Shown here: positions 50,480 to 62,000 of the stretch, piece after piece
How positions within the stretch are numbered: the stretch's first letter is position 1
How the letters are laid out: each line of letters opens with the position of its first letter
Assembly: GCA_013265495.1 (NCBI GenBank)
Contig: MU058065.1
Coordinates: forward strand, 3,201,003 to 3,263,002
From: Vicugna vicugna
Lineage: Eukaryota
Reading direction: 5' to 3'
DNA length: 62,000 bases
Position numbers and translations under genes: made by a program
Notes under the pieces: model-generated
What the model was told of the DNA's origin: nothing
Seen by the model: only the letters and a program-made list of their open reading frames with translations
Database searches by the model: none

Positions 50480-53400
50480 TTTCAGTCAACAAATATTTAC
50501 CAGTCACATACTAGGTGGTTGGCATTGGGTAAGTATGAATGAATAAAACATGTATAACTTTTCAGTAATTCAACAAAAATGCGTCAAGCACTTTTGCTGT
50601 GATAAATCCAGAGGTGGCCATGGTGATAGGAAATCAACACTGTCTGGCTTGAAGATCTGAGTCTCCACCAACCAAGTGTGGTTCCTCTTTCCACTTCTCA
50701 ATGCTAATTAAGGAATGAGATGGTGACAGTTCAGATTGCCTCATAGATTACAAACGCCTACCATTGGGAAATGAATAGCTAAAAATTACTTCCTTGTTTT
50801 GTTTTTTTTTCCCCTGTGCATTTTACCATAGCTAACTTCTACCAGCAAGAAGATGACAATTTTTTCTATAACATGACATTTTACTGTAATTTGAGTTAAA
50901 AATGTTCCTATTAAGTTTTAAAGGAAACAGCATTCTCTCTAGATTGAGACTCCTTAGAGGGTACAGTTTAGGACAAAGATCACTGTTCTGGTTTTCACAA
51001 GGTGCATTAATCACAAAGGTAAATATTTCTCTCTCATCACACATACACCACACACATGGAATGCAACCATCCCAGTTACCATAATTCATCAAGAGTGATG
51101 AGCTCCGGTTAAAGTCAAGTAGAGGACCATCACCGTGGTAGTTTCAGTGGAATGTCCTTTAAGACGTTCCATTTTCAAGGCTCTTTTGAACAAAGTTCAA
51201 GAAATTTGCCATGGGCCCCTCTGTTTTCTCAATGAGTTATTTTATCCATCTGACAGGGCTGGAGTGTGTTTGTCCTGGGCAAAGTTTTAGGAGTCTTGCC
51301 CAAGATAGCGAGACTTTGTACCCACCACATTTACAGTCCAAGGTTTCCTTTCCTCTGTATCTTCTTGTTGCTATAGGCATATACAAGTCTCAGACTCCAC
51401 ACACCATTCTGTCCTTCCACATTCTCCTTTGACAACTTCATTGATATAAATTTAGTCATTAGCCTTCCATTAGTTAATGTTAGTATATGATTATTTGCTC
51501 TACAAAATAGATGCTTTCATAGCTGCTCTTTTAACCTGTTATAACACTATGAATAATCACTCTTAGAAATTAGTATGGTAATCACTAGTATTTATTAAGT
51601 GTCCTTTCTCTTCCCATGACCCTCATTCCCACTTTTGTTTGCAAGTGGCCTGGGAAACTTCTTGGGGTGAAACTAAGAGAGAGAGACTGGAAAGGCCTAC
51701 TGCAACTGATCTCATCCAGGACAGGCTCTTGAAAGAAGCAGTCAGCAACTCAAACAGCAGGGTCCTTGGAGGTGCAGCAAAACAGGCTCCATCAGTTACT
51801 TCTAATTTCCAGGAAGGTTCACTCCAATGGATGGACTTTCACTCATGTTTGTATCTTTCTGATTGTTTATGGCTACATGGTATATGACCTGTTGATTCTT
51901 CTGGTCTATTATTATTACTTTTCCCCCCACAACACATGCCATTTCCCAAGTTCTGGCTGCTATCATTTCTCCTCTGGATTACTGCAACCTCCTAAATGAT
52001 TTATGTGCCTTGTGTTTGGTCCCCTGAACTACCATCCCTAATCCCTTCTCTACAATGTAACTAAAGTGATGTTTCCAAAATACCAAATTAATCATGTCAT
52101 TTCTCTGCTTAAAATATTTGAATCTCTTCCCATTGCTCTTAAAATAAAGTCCAAACTCTTTAATGTAGTTTTGGGCCCTGCACAATGGGGTATCCATCCC
52201 CTCAGTCTCAGATATAACCCTCCTACTCTCACAGTCAAAGCTTTAATCCTTCTGAATTTCATTCAGTTGAACAACCAAGTTTCAGGAAGAAGAGGGAGCC
52301 ACCTAAGTCTTAAGAACAACCAGGGATTTAAATGCTTCTAGGTCTCTCTCCACTATCTTTTCTTCCAATGTCCGTATCATTTTAGCACACTGCAGATTAG
52401 TTTTCTCTGTATGGTGGCAAACATGGCTGCCAATGGCTCCAGACTTGCATCTTACTGTTTCCACTGTTAAATAAAATGGACCTCAAGTTCTCTGTGGTTC
52501 CAGGTCCAAAAAACAGTTTGGTTCAGGTGTTTACAGCTGGACCAATTCACTGGCATGAGACACAGGGTCCCATTGCTCAAAGGAAAAAAAAGGAATGCTG
52601 AGCAGATTATCCCAAGTTTTCTCAATCATAATCAGTTAGAAGAGAGAAATGAAGGAGGGGGACTTCAGTATTTCTGGCTTGGACCACTCGGTAGATGCTC
52701 ATGACATTGAAAAAGATAGAGAGTACATGGGGAAGAACAAATTTGGGCGAAAGTGCAATGTTCAGTTTTTGAGTGTGAGATGACAGCCTGTTGGACATTC
52801 AGGTCCGGATGTTCAGAAGCTGGTAAGAAATATGCACGGAAGAGAGATATAAGTTGAAGGTTAGAATGGGAGCCACCTGTGTTAGGTGGTAGTGAAAGCT
52901 GAGATCTTTTCAGGGAGAAGATCACCAAAGACATAACTTTAGAGGGTACTCCACACCGAAGGTAGGAAAGGGTGGTGTAGGAAGTAGAAGAGCCTGCGAG
53001 AGTCAATATTTATCAAGTGTTCACAATATGCCAAACATGAACTCTTATATTAAAATTTGCACAAACATGTTATACCTATGAAGTAGATATTATATTATTA
53101 TCTTCATTCTATAAGGAACTAAGGCTTCTCAGTATTTAGTAATTGGTCCAAGGTCTCAGTAAGCGGTAGATACAGAATGGTAATCTGTGACTAATTTATA
53201 AAACTCTTGACACTGCATTTTTATTACCTCTCAGATAATAGAAAAATCCAAGGAGTCAGGAAAACTGAGAAAGGAGAATTTCAAGAATGAGGGAATGTTC
53301 AATAATATAAAATGTCTAACAATTTTATTTTTAAAATACAATTAAAAATAAACATTGGTATGACAATTAGGAAGCCAGTACTGATCAATCTGATTCTTGG

Positions 53401-54901
53401 CAGGTCTAGCAGACTTTCCTGGTTCCATATAGATTCATCAATAGAAGCTCAAGAAGATACATGGACATTGATCATGTCCTAAAGTTTCAGGATAATCTAC
53501 AAAGGGATTAGAATGCCCCAGGAGATTTATAAGAAAGGCATATGAGGTTCTAGCCAGAACAAAACTACTTCTGGATACATAGCAAGTAAAATAAGGCCAG
53601 TTATTGTCAATTATATCATCTATTACCTGAATTTACAGCCCTATCTCACTCTCCTGGAGGCAGCAGCCCAAGTTTTAGTAAGCTTAATACCAGAGATAAT
53701 TTATAGTCTCAGATCACTTGGATTGTTAGCTTGAGTGTAAATATCTAATATATGAAAGGCGTTTAGTATGTTTCAAATTGTTTCCACATACTTTATCCCC
53801 AAAACCATCCAGTAAGGTCCTACCTCCACTTTATGGATGAGGAAACTAAGGCTGGGAGTGGATGATATTTGGTTTTGGGGAGGGAAGCACATACATAATG
53901 TTCGCATGCCACTTTAGAAAACCTGCTACTCCACTGTGAGATGTCATCAGACACAGTACTGCATTTTCGGGACCTAAGTGGGAAGGATTTCAGACCAGAC
54001 AACATCTCTTTCCCAATTGCTACCCAATCCACAAGCATTACAGGAAAATGGCACAATCATTTCAGAAACTTTCTCCACATATGTTACATGTTTTACAGGG
54101 GAAAACATCATGATTGCACAGATCTACACAGGCTCTGATCCTGTGTGGTGATGAAAGAGCTAGATGAAAGAGCCACCAACATTTGATTAGGCAAGGAGGA
54201 GAACCAAACATGATTGGGTAGGTGAGCTGCATATAGCAGATAGGAGCAGAATGCCCCTGGGTAGTCTGAGGATAGCAGGAAACTGACTAGGGGGATCGAT
54301 AACGATAATGACAAAGCCCAATTTCTAAGACCTCTGACACAAGAACTATGCTAGTCATTTGTGAGTATTATTTCTAATTCTTACAATAATTCTTGAAGGT
54401 GTATATTATTACCATCTCTACTTTATAGATGAGGAAACTGAAGTTAAAAGCCACAGAATTCTTTGGAATGCCCAGAGGAGAGCAGGTCAGCATGTAATAA
54501 TTCAGGAAGTCCTTTATTCACTAATTCATTATTCAGTAACTGAGTACCAACTTGAGGACAGAGAATTTTATTTGGCATTGGAGATATTTGCCATTGATGG
54601 GGCCTCTGCCAACCTATTTTGTTGGACACTGGGAAGGGACTGCCTGCAGCCATAGAGGGAAGCTAACAAAGGGGGAAAAAATCTGCTTGATTGGCAGCCA
54701 GGAAGGCCTAAATCCCACCCAGCTACCCTTCCCTCACCTGAATGGACTTGGAGGCCTTCACTCACTGTGCGGTAGAAAGAATAAGGGCAAGGCTCCCTTG
54801 TGGAAGCGTGTCAGCTCTGCTTTCTGTGTTGGGTGACTCAGATAGAGTGGGCCTCAGTTTTATCATTTGTAAAATGGGGATTAATAGTAGCACTTACTGA
54901 G

Positions 54902-55359
54902 TGTATTACTTCCCCATAGTTGCTGTAACAAATTATCACAAACTTGGTGAGTTAAAATAAAGAAATATATTCTTTCACCCATCTGGGTGTTAGAAGTCCA
55001 AAATCAGTTTCACTGAGCCAAAAACAAAGTGTCTGTAGACACCACAGGGCTGCCCTGGAAGGGTAAGGGAGAATCCTTCCTTCCCTCTTCAGTTTCTAGT
55101 GGCTGCTAGCATTCCTTGGCTTGCGGCTGCAGCACTCCAGTCTCTGCCCCAGTGGTTATGCTGACTAGTTTCTCTGTCAAATCTCCCCTTTATAAAGATA
55201 GGTGACTGCATCTAGGGCCCATTCTGATAATCTAGGATAATCTCTCCACTTCGAAATCCTTAACTTAATCTGAAAAGACTGTTTCCACTTAAGATGACAT
55301 TTACAGGTTCCAGGGATTAGGGCCAGATATCTTTGGGGGCTGTTATTCTGCCTATTACA
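54902..55359 (-). mobile_element. MLT1-type MaLR LTR nested in a MIR
   Basis: TG...CA termini with a perfect 5-bp TSD CTGAG (54897-54901 / 55360-55364); MIR sequence continues on both sides. Confidence 0.82.
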
Positions 55360-55609
55360 CTGAGGGTTGTTAGAAGGCGATCTAACGCTGGAAGAGGACT
55401 GAGCACAGCACCTACCAGTGGAGAACAGAGTAAATAGCAGTCTGTTTCCGCTTTTAAAACGAGGTTATTTAAGGAAGCCGGCCCTTATAGGGCTGCAGTA
55501 AGGTTCAAACAAAGCACAGTTATAACACGTAGCAGGGCATAAGGGAGATTAAGGAATGAGATGAAAGCAGGTCTGTAGATTCTCTCGCTCCCACTGTTTT
55601 TGCACATCT

Positions 55610-56330
55610 TTCTATGCCGGCGGCCTCAGACCCCGCCTACTCACAGTCCCACCCCTCCCGGGAGGATTCTCCACCTCGATGCCCCGCCCCCTTTTACGTA
55701 CCCACCCCACCCCCACCCCGCCCACCTGTCTTGGCGCCCTCCGTCCGTCGTGCGTTTGAGGCGTGAGGGCCTTCGCGGTCTGTTCATTCTACTGCCCATC
55801 AAATCCTAGCCCATTCTACCCAATTCTGTCTCCTTTCTCAGCCTGTAGTACATTCACCCAAAGAAGTTAGATTTTCCGAGCTTAGTGGTGGCCACTTACT
55901 TGCTTTCAGATGAAAAGCGAGAGGAGAAGCTTTGGGGAGCAGACTGGCGATATTCAAGACAGCCCTCACGGACGGGGCCGGGTCCTACACACCTCGGTCG
56001 CCGAGCCCGGGCCAGATCCCCGCGCAAGCGCAGTGGGCCCGACTCGCCATGCCGACTGTCAGCGTGAAGCGTGATCTGCTCTTCCGAGCCCTGGGCCGGA
56101 CCTACAGTGAGTGCGGGCCGCGTAGTTCTGCGCCTCTCCTCGGAGGCTGGGACCCCCTCCAAAAGGTTTCGTGGCAACGTTCATGCTGCCCAGCTGGTTT
56201 CGGCCTTGGGCGCTCGAGGTCTAGATAGGGCTGACGGCCTCCGCGGCCAGGCCAGGGTGATGTAGCCTCTGGGAACCGGTGTCGCCGCGGGTGCCATTGC
56301 ATCACCTGCAGGTGCTGGGCTCGCAGTGTC
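55610..56330 (+). promoter_or_regulatory. FARSB CpG island / promoter
   Basis: CpG-rich; GC boxes (CCCCGCCCC ~55682, CCCCGCCC ~55716); NRF1-like GCGCAAGCGC at ~56022, just upstream of the ATG. Confidence 0.8.
56049..56106 (+). CDS. FARSB: Phenylalanyl-tRNA synthetase beta subunit, coding exon 1 (58 nt)
   Basis: GCCATGC start; MPTVSVKRDLLFRALGRTY; donor A|GTGAGT; lies in a CpG island. Confidence 0.96.
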
Positions 56331-57085
56331 ATTCATTCAGGGCTCTCATCGAGCGCCTACTGCCTGCCTGATGCCAGGGAATAGAACAGGAGTGAAGCCC
56401 CGGGTTGCATCCCGAGTGTAGCCAATTAAGTGCTGTAAGAAAAGCGCTGTGGAAACTCCGTTTGTGAATAGGAGAGGGGACGGCATTCTGTCCTTGTTTT
56501 ATTTTTTTAACTTTTACTGAGCTCCTGTTAGGTGCCAGGCACTGGCCTAAGAGCTTTGGGAGTACAGTGGTGCCCATAGCACTTAAGGTCCACGTTCATA
56601 TTCGGATAAGGGAGGCAGATAATAAATCCAGCATATTAATAAAATGATTTCGGATAACGTTAAATGCTGTCAGGGAGAGAAAAAAAAAAGATATCGTGCT
56701 AAGAACAACATTAGGTAGGGCGGTAACATTTGGGCTGAGCCCTGAGTGTTGAGTCTTCACTGGATGGGCTTGGTCATCATGCTACACTTAGGTTCTTCAG
56801 TTCGAAAACCACTAGCGTTAAAAAAAAAAGGGGAGACATATTAGGTACAATTATCAGTTACCATATAGATGTAGCAGTTGAAGTGACATCTGCCCCGCCC
56901 CATATTATCAGCTTGTATAACGGCTGTAGCAATTGATTTGTGAGAGCTATTTTTGGTTTTAGGATTAGATATGACAAAGCCCTAGTCGGTTTAATAGATA
57001 CTGCTTCCTACAGTAAGATACTACTGTGGAAATAAAGTTAGCTTTTGAAAACTTAACCTAAAGGTTCACTTTTAGATACTACATA

Positions 57086-57296
57086 CAGTTGACCCTTGAA
57101 CAACCCAGGTTTGAACAGGGCAGATCCACCTATAGAAGGATTTATTTTCAACAGTAAATACTACAACATAATCTGTGGTTGTTCAGTCCCTAAATGCAGA
57201 ACCCAGGAGGGCCAACTATATAAGTTATACAGAGATTTTTGGACATGATGGAGGCAATGGGAACCCTTGAGCCTTGCCTTGTTCAAGGGTCAGCTG
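57086..57296. mobile_element. MER8/Tigger2-type non-autonomous DNA transposon
   Basis: Terminal inverted repeats CAGTTGACCCTTGAACAA / TTGTTCAAGGGTCAGCTG flanked by TA. Confidence 0.85.
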
Positions 57297-59862
57297 TATT
57301 CTTAAAGTGTTATTCTCCTTCTGCCATAAGGCCCTGGAAAGAGTTAATTATTTTGTCCTCTGAACTTGGCTCTAATTCCCTACACTTTTTATTTCATACT
57401 GTGCATAATTATGTTCCTTACCCATCCTTCTAAAACATATTCTCACTCATGTACGATGTACCTGAATTATACAAGAGAGTAGGTGGCAAATATTTGCTGA
57501 AGACATCTGTGATCAGTTTCCACGTGGGTATCCATATCTGGGAAAGTAAGAGATAATCCAAGTTTTTAAAAATGATGAGATTTATAACCTATTCACTGTC
57601 ATCTGATGTTTTAATGTATTCCCTAGCTGCCCCCTTCCCTTTTTTTTCATATTGAGAGAGATCGGGTAAGCTTAATTATCCACAAATATCTGTCAGCTAC
57701 TGACTCATTAAAATTTCACTCAGCAAAATCTGTGTTGAGATGTACTTCAGACAGGTTAGAAATAATACTTATCATTAGTTTGTATTTCATGTGTTATTTC
57801 TTGAAATATTTTAAATGTTAATTAGGTTGGGATAAAAGTTGGAAAAACATTTTGGCAAAGCTTCTGGTTTCCAAGTAGTGCGAATCCGACTTGTCCCCTC
57901 TCCCTTTTTTTTCTCTTTCAGTGTTTTTCTCTTCTTGTTTTCAGATAATGTCTCATTCACTCTTCTATCCCCATTCCCTCTATTCTACAGTCCCTCCATG
58001 GTTGCTTTTCGTCTGTCCTAAAATTCCATTGTTGCATCAGTCACTGCCTTCCCTTTCGCCACCTCTTTGCTTATTGAGGATTAGCAAAGAATATTTTTCG
58101 GGCTGCTTTTATTCTTTAATATTGCTCCTCTGGGGCAGTTTTGTCACCTTTGTCTACCTTTTTATCGTCTTTCTGCTCAGATGTTTTCCTCTTGCCACTC
58201 ATTTTCTTGTTAACTGATTTATTTTCACTGTTCTTCAATTCTGGTCCTGTTCTGCCTTGGTGTAATAGCAAGGTGTGGCTGGGCTGGAGAATATGCTTCC
58301 AAGCTCACGCTTGTGGTTGTTTCAGACCTCAGTTCCCAGAAGGGTGTGAATAGCAGGAGGCAGGGAATCACTGGAAGCCTCTGTTATTTCCTGCCCCAGT
58401 TAACTATACCCCTGCTCACATGTTCACCCACACCAGAGACCTGGGAGTCCTCCTGCTCACTCACGGTTCCCACCTCTCTCCTGGTCAGTCTTCGAGCCTT
58501 ATGGAATCTGTCTCTGATGTTTCTCACATTCTTCTTTCTCAGACTCCCTGCTCTGCTTTGATCAAGTCCTCACTGTCTCACTTGGCTGTTGGCAGTAGAT
58601 TGTCTGCTCCAGTTCTTCCACCACCATGCCAGCATTCTTTAAAACGCAGATCTAATTGAGCTGTTGTCCAGCTGGAAATCCTTTAGTGTAACTCCCCATT
58701 ACCTCATGCAGGGCAGAGGGCATCACCAGCTGACTTCTTCTTACTTGTTCCATCATGTCTCCTGACATGAACCTCATGCTTCATCCGTATTGAACTTTCT
58801 ACATTTGTCATGCTGATTCTCACTCCCTACCATTCCTGTCAAATAAACTCATCCTTTCTCTGAAGCCTCAGCTGACCCTTGGTGGAGCTGATTACTTCCT
58901 TTGTGCCTACGCTGTACCTTACACTTATCATAATTGTATTTACACATCTAGCTTGTTTACTACAGTAGGAAGTAGTTAAGGCAGGAATTGTGTTTTATTT
59001 ATCTTTGCAGCCCTGATACCTAGTTAAGTGCCAGGATATAGTAGGTGCTCAATAAATGTTTGGTAAATGGCAGTTCAGTATCAGGATCAGGAATTTTAAG
59101 ATCAGCTTTTTGCTAGACTATACTGGTAATGACAGTTTGTGTTCAGTTTTGGTTGACAAGAAAACCTTAAAAATGTTGTGTCAGGTAGCAAAGCAGAATA
59201 GAATATAATTTAAAAGTAAGGAAGAGAACTATTAATTTTTGCAGACCTACCACATTTCAGGGCATTATGCCAGGCCCATTATCTGCATGAACTCATTTAA
59301 ATCTTTCCAACAGTTGCATGCTTTAAATCAGTGGCTGTAAAATGCTAATTTTTGGATGAGGCATTTTAGCTCACTTTATGGATGAGACATAGGAATCAGA
59401 AGGTTTACATAAGGTGCTAAGCTCTCAGAACTAGTAAACTGAACAGTCATAATTCAAACTGGGATTGGCACGGCTCCAAAGTCAATTGTTAGGCCACCTT
59501 AGAATTTTAAATGATAGGATTTATATGACGTTGTTCCATCATGTTGGATCTGTGATTCTGTGCCTACTTTACATTGGGTCCCTACTTAGGAGGTTACTTT
59601 TCTTCTGAGTAAATGTAAAGTCCCCAGTGCAGGTAACCTGATTCCGTAGTTGATACTATTTAGATGAATCAGCCTTGTAATAGTTTTCTTTTTCTTTAAA
59701 AATTTTTCTTGGCCAAACTTTCAAAATTTGTTTTTAAATGGTGATATCTGATGCCTGATATTTAGTATGCTTGATGTAAGGCAATTTAAAAAATGCAATT
59801 TATATGCTATACTCATTTGTACTGAACAGATTAGAATTAGCAATCTCTTTTTTTTTTTCTAG

Positions 59863-59918
59863 CTGACGAAGAATTTGACGAGCTATGTTTTGAATTTGGC
59901 CTGGAACTTGATGAAATT
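59863..59918 (+). CDS. FARSB: FARSB exon 2 (56 nt); gene continues beyond the window
   Basis: Poly-T tract + CTAG| acceptor; (T)DEEFDELCFEFGLELDEI in phase with exon 1; donor |GTATGT. Confidence 0.95.
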
Positions 59919-62000
59919 GTATGTATTGGTTATTTATTTGTCTCATATCCTGTGTATAAGTTCATTTTTCAGAAGTTTATTATATTTTATCTTTGTTATA
60001 AGATGGAATATTTGTGGGCCGTGGTAATTTTTATGTTAAGGGGCTAAGCTCTGGTTCTAAGTGTGTCTGTTGCTTTGTGTAAAGTCTCAAAAGGGGTCCC
60101 TGCCTTATTCGGATGCAGACACCTTAAGCTGTCAGGTTAGTGCTGTGGAGGTGGGTAGACCCTCTCAGGTAACCCTAGAGTGAGAGTGAGCTCCCGGTGT
60201 GCCATTTGCAGATGACCTTATGGAGAGGGGTCTGGGAGCAATGGAAGCTCTGCTTCAGCCAGAGTTGCTGTCTCCTTGGCCTCTGACTTCTACATTTCCT
60301 CTGTGCCCACCTCACCTTCCTCCATGTTTGTTTAACCAGCGTTAATTCATTCTTCCTTCACTACTGTATACATTGATCTTGTAAAATCATCTCCTATTTT
60401 TTGAAGAATTGCTTGTAAAAATGATTTTGAAGCATTTTCCTGGTCTTTTGATTGTATAATGGTTAAAATGTTTAAACAATAGCTTTATTTACAAAATATA
60501 TTACTAGTAATGATTATATATTAAAGACATTTGTAACTAAAAAGATAATTAATATTTCTCTGGTAATTAGTGTTATTTTTTCCCCCAAACCTTTTATCTT
60601 CTTAGTCTGTTCAGTGTTTTCTAACACTATAAAGTTTGAGGAGCTTCAGACTGACAAAATGTGTATTGTCTTGTTTTTCTTGCTGTTTATTTACTAACAT
60701 TACAGGAAGATTTTTTTTTTTAAATTAGTGATCATCTGTATCTTGAGAGGTCAGCTGAGACTTCTGTAGTTTATATTAAATTGTTATTAATTTTATTAGG
60801 ACTCAAAATTATGTTTGAGGCTGTGTGATATTGAAGAGCATTGGACTGGATATCAGAAAATTTGAGTAACAGTTCAAGCTTCCACATTTACTAGCTATGT
60901 GACTATGGACAATTACATTGCCTCTCTGGACTTCATCTGTTGGTCACTCTGGGCCTCCTTTTCATCCGTGAAATAAGGGGGTTTGGCTTATATGATCTTT
61001 ATAGAACCCTTTGGCTCTGAAATTTCTGTGGTCATTGATTTCCATAACATTTTTGTCAGCATTGACAAACCCAGTCTTCACATATGATCTTTGCATGAAC
61101 TGAGATACTGAAAACGAAGGAGGGTTTAAGCAGCTGTGTCTTTTTTTGCAAAAGAATTAGGTTTTTTTTGTTCAGGTGTTTTCTCTTCTCTGGTTACCAC
61201 ATTTTTTCCCCCTTGCTTATGGGGGTCCCTCCTGAAATCCACCATCATCTTTCTTCACTAAAAAAAAGGTACAGCACTTTTATTGATCCCTTTGAACTTG
61301 GTTTAAATTCTGATTCCTCTTCTTGCCTCTTTTCATAGCCTTCCCTATCGCCCTCATCTCTTTTCTCCTCTCCTGCTCCCTCCTTTTTATCCTCCTTTTA
61401 TTATTTTTATATTTCCTCTGATTTTTAAAATTGTCTCCTGAGTTTGAGATACCCAGGGTAGGCATTCCCAGGAGCCGGACCCAGCCTTGTGCGGTCCCAG
61501 CATTGTATGGACCCCTGTGATTCCTCGAATATGACTCGGGTGTGCAGTGCTTATTGACTGAATTCTTCTACCTGCCGTGCAGGTGTAGACTATAACTCTT
61601 TATTTGGGCAATGATTTGAAGTGCTCGTATTGTGACAGTGGGAGGGCACCACGTAAGAGAAAAATCATTACATGTTTTGATAGGAATCCATCAGTTATTT
61701 TAGCAGGTTGGTGGTGGTAGAAGCAGTGGGAGTTCCAGTTAAGTGGGGTTTCCAGATAATTAGTGAGTAGCATTAACAGTTGGATTATGACTTTTAAGCA
61801 TTTTGATTGAAAATTTCTTACGTATACCTACAGTTCCCTGCTGTAGTAAACATAGGCAATGGAATTTAATTTCTTGGCAATGGTTGTTTTTTAAGAAAAT
61901 ATGTTATTCTCTGCTCTAATGTGGTGATTGAGATATTCTAAGCTTTTTGCCACTGCGTTAAAAATTCTCCTAGTGTTACTTCTCTTCTTCCTCTTGTTTG

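Noticed and set aside
55932..56048. N-terminal extension of FARSB in the ORF track
   Set aside because: Begins at a TTG in the promoter region; the conserved start is MPTVSV at 56049.
61280..61465. Lys/Arg-rich 61-aa ORF antisense in FARSB intron 2
   Set aside because: Translation of a low-complexity purine tract; no homology recognised.

Overview
Mammalian genomic DNA, almost certainly a camelid: four copies of a tRNA-Ala-derived SINE match my recollection of the camelid Vic-1 family. The window holds three genes. (1) A complete, intact 6-exon MOGAT1 gene on the minus strand (CDS 45558->18412; exons 94+179+205+175+200+155 = 1008 nt, 335 aa, all introns GT-AG). (2) The first two coding exons of FARSB on the plus strand, head-to-head with MOGAT1. 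(3) Between them, an intronless, fully open glycerol kinase retrocopy (minus strand, 553 aa) that keeps the parental CpG-rich 5'UTR, the 3'UTR, AATAAA and an A-tail remnant, and ends about 1.4 kb upstream of the MOGAT1 start codon. The best 'system' candidate is this retroposition-built GK-MOGAT1 glycerolipid gene tandem, which also has an optional in-frame 42-aa Arg-rich N-terminal extension. Other oddities are a perfect 185-bp direct repeat bracketing MOGAT1's last exon, a perfect 36-bp palindrome, an NF-Y/octamer-rich solo LTR and a convergent pair of CTCF-like motifs. The rest is ordinary L1/SINE/MIR/LTR/DNA-transposon material. Repeat boundaries and family names are by eye and from memory, not from a database search.
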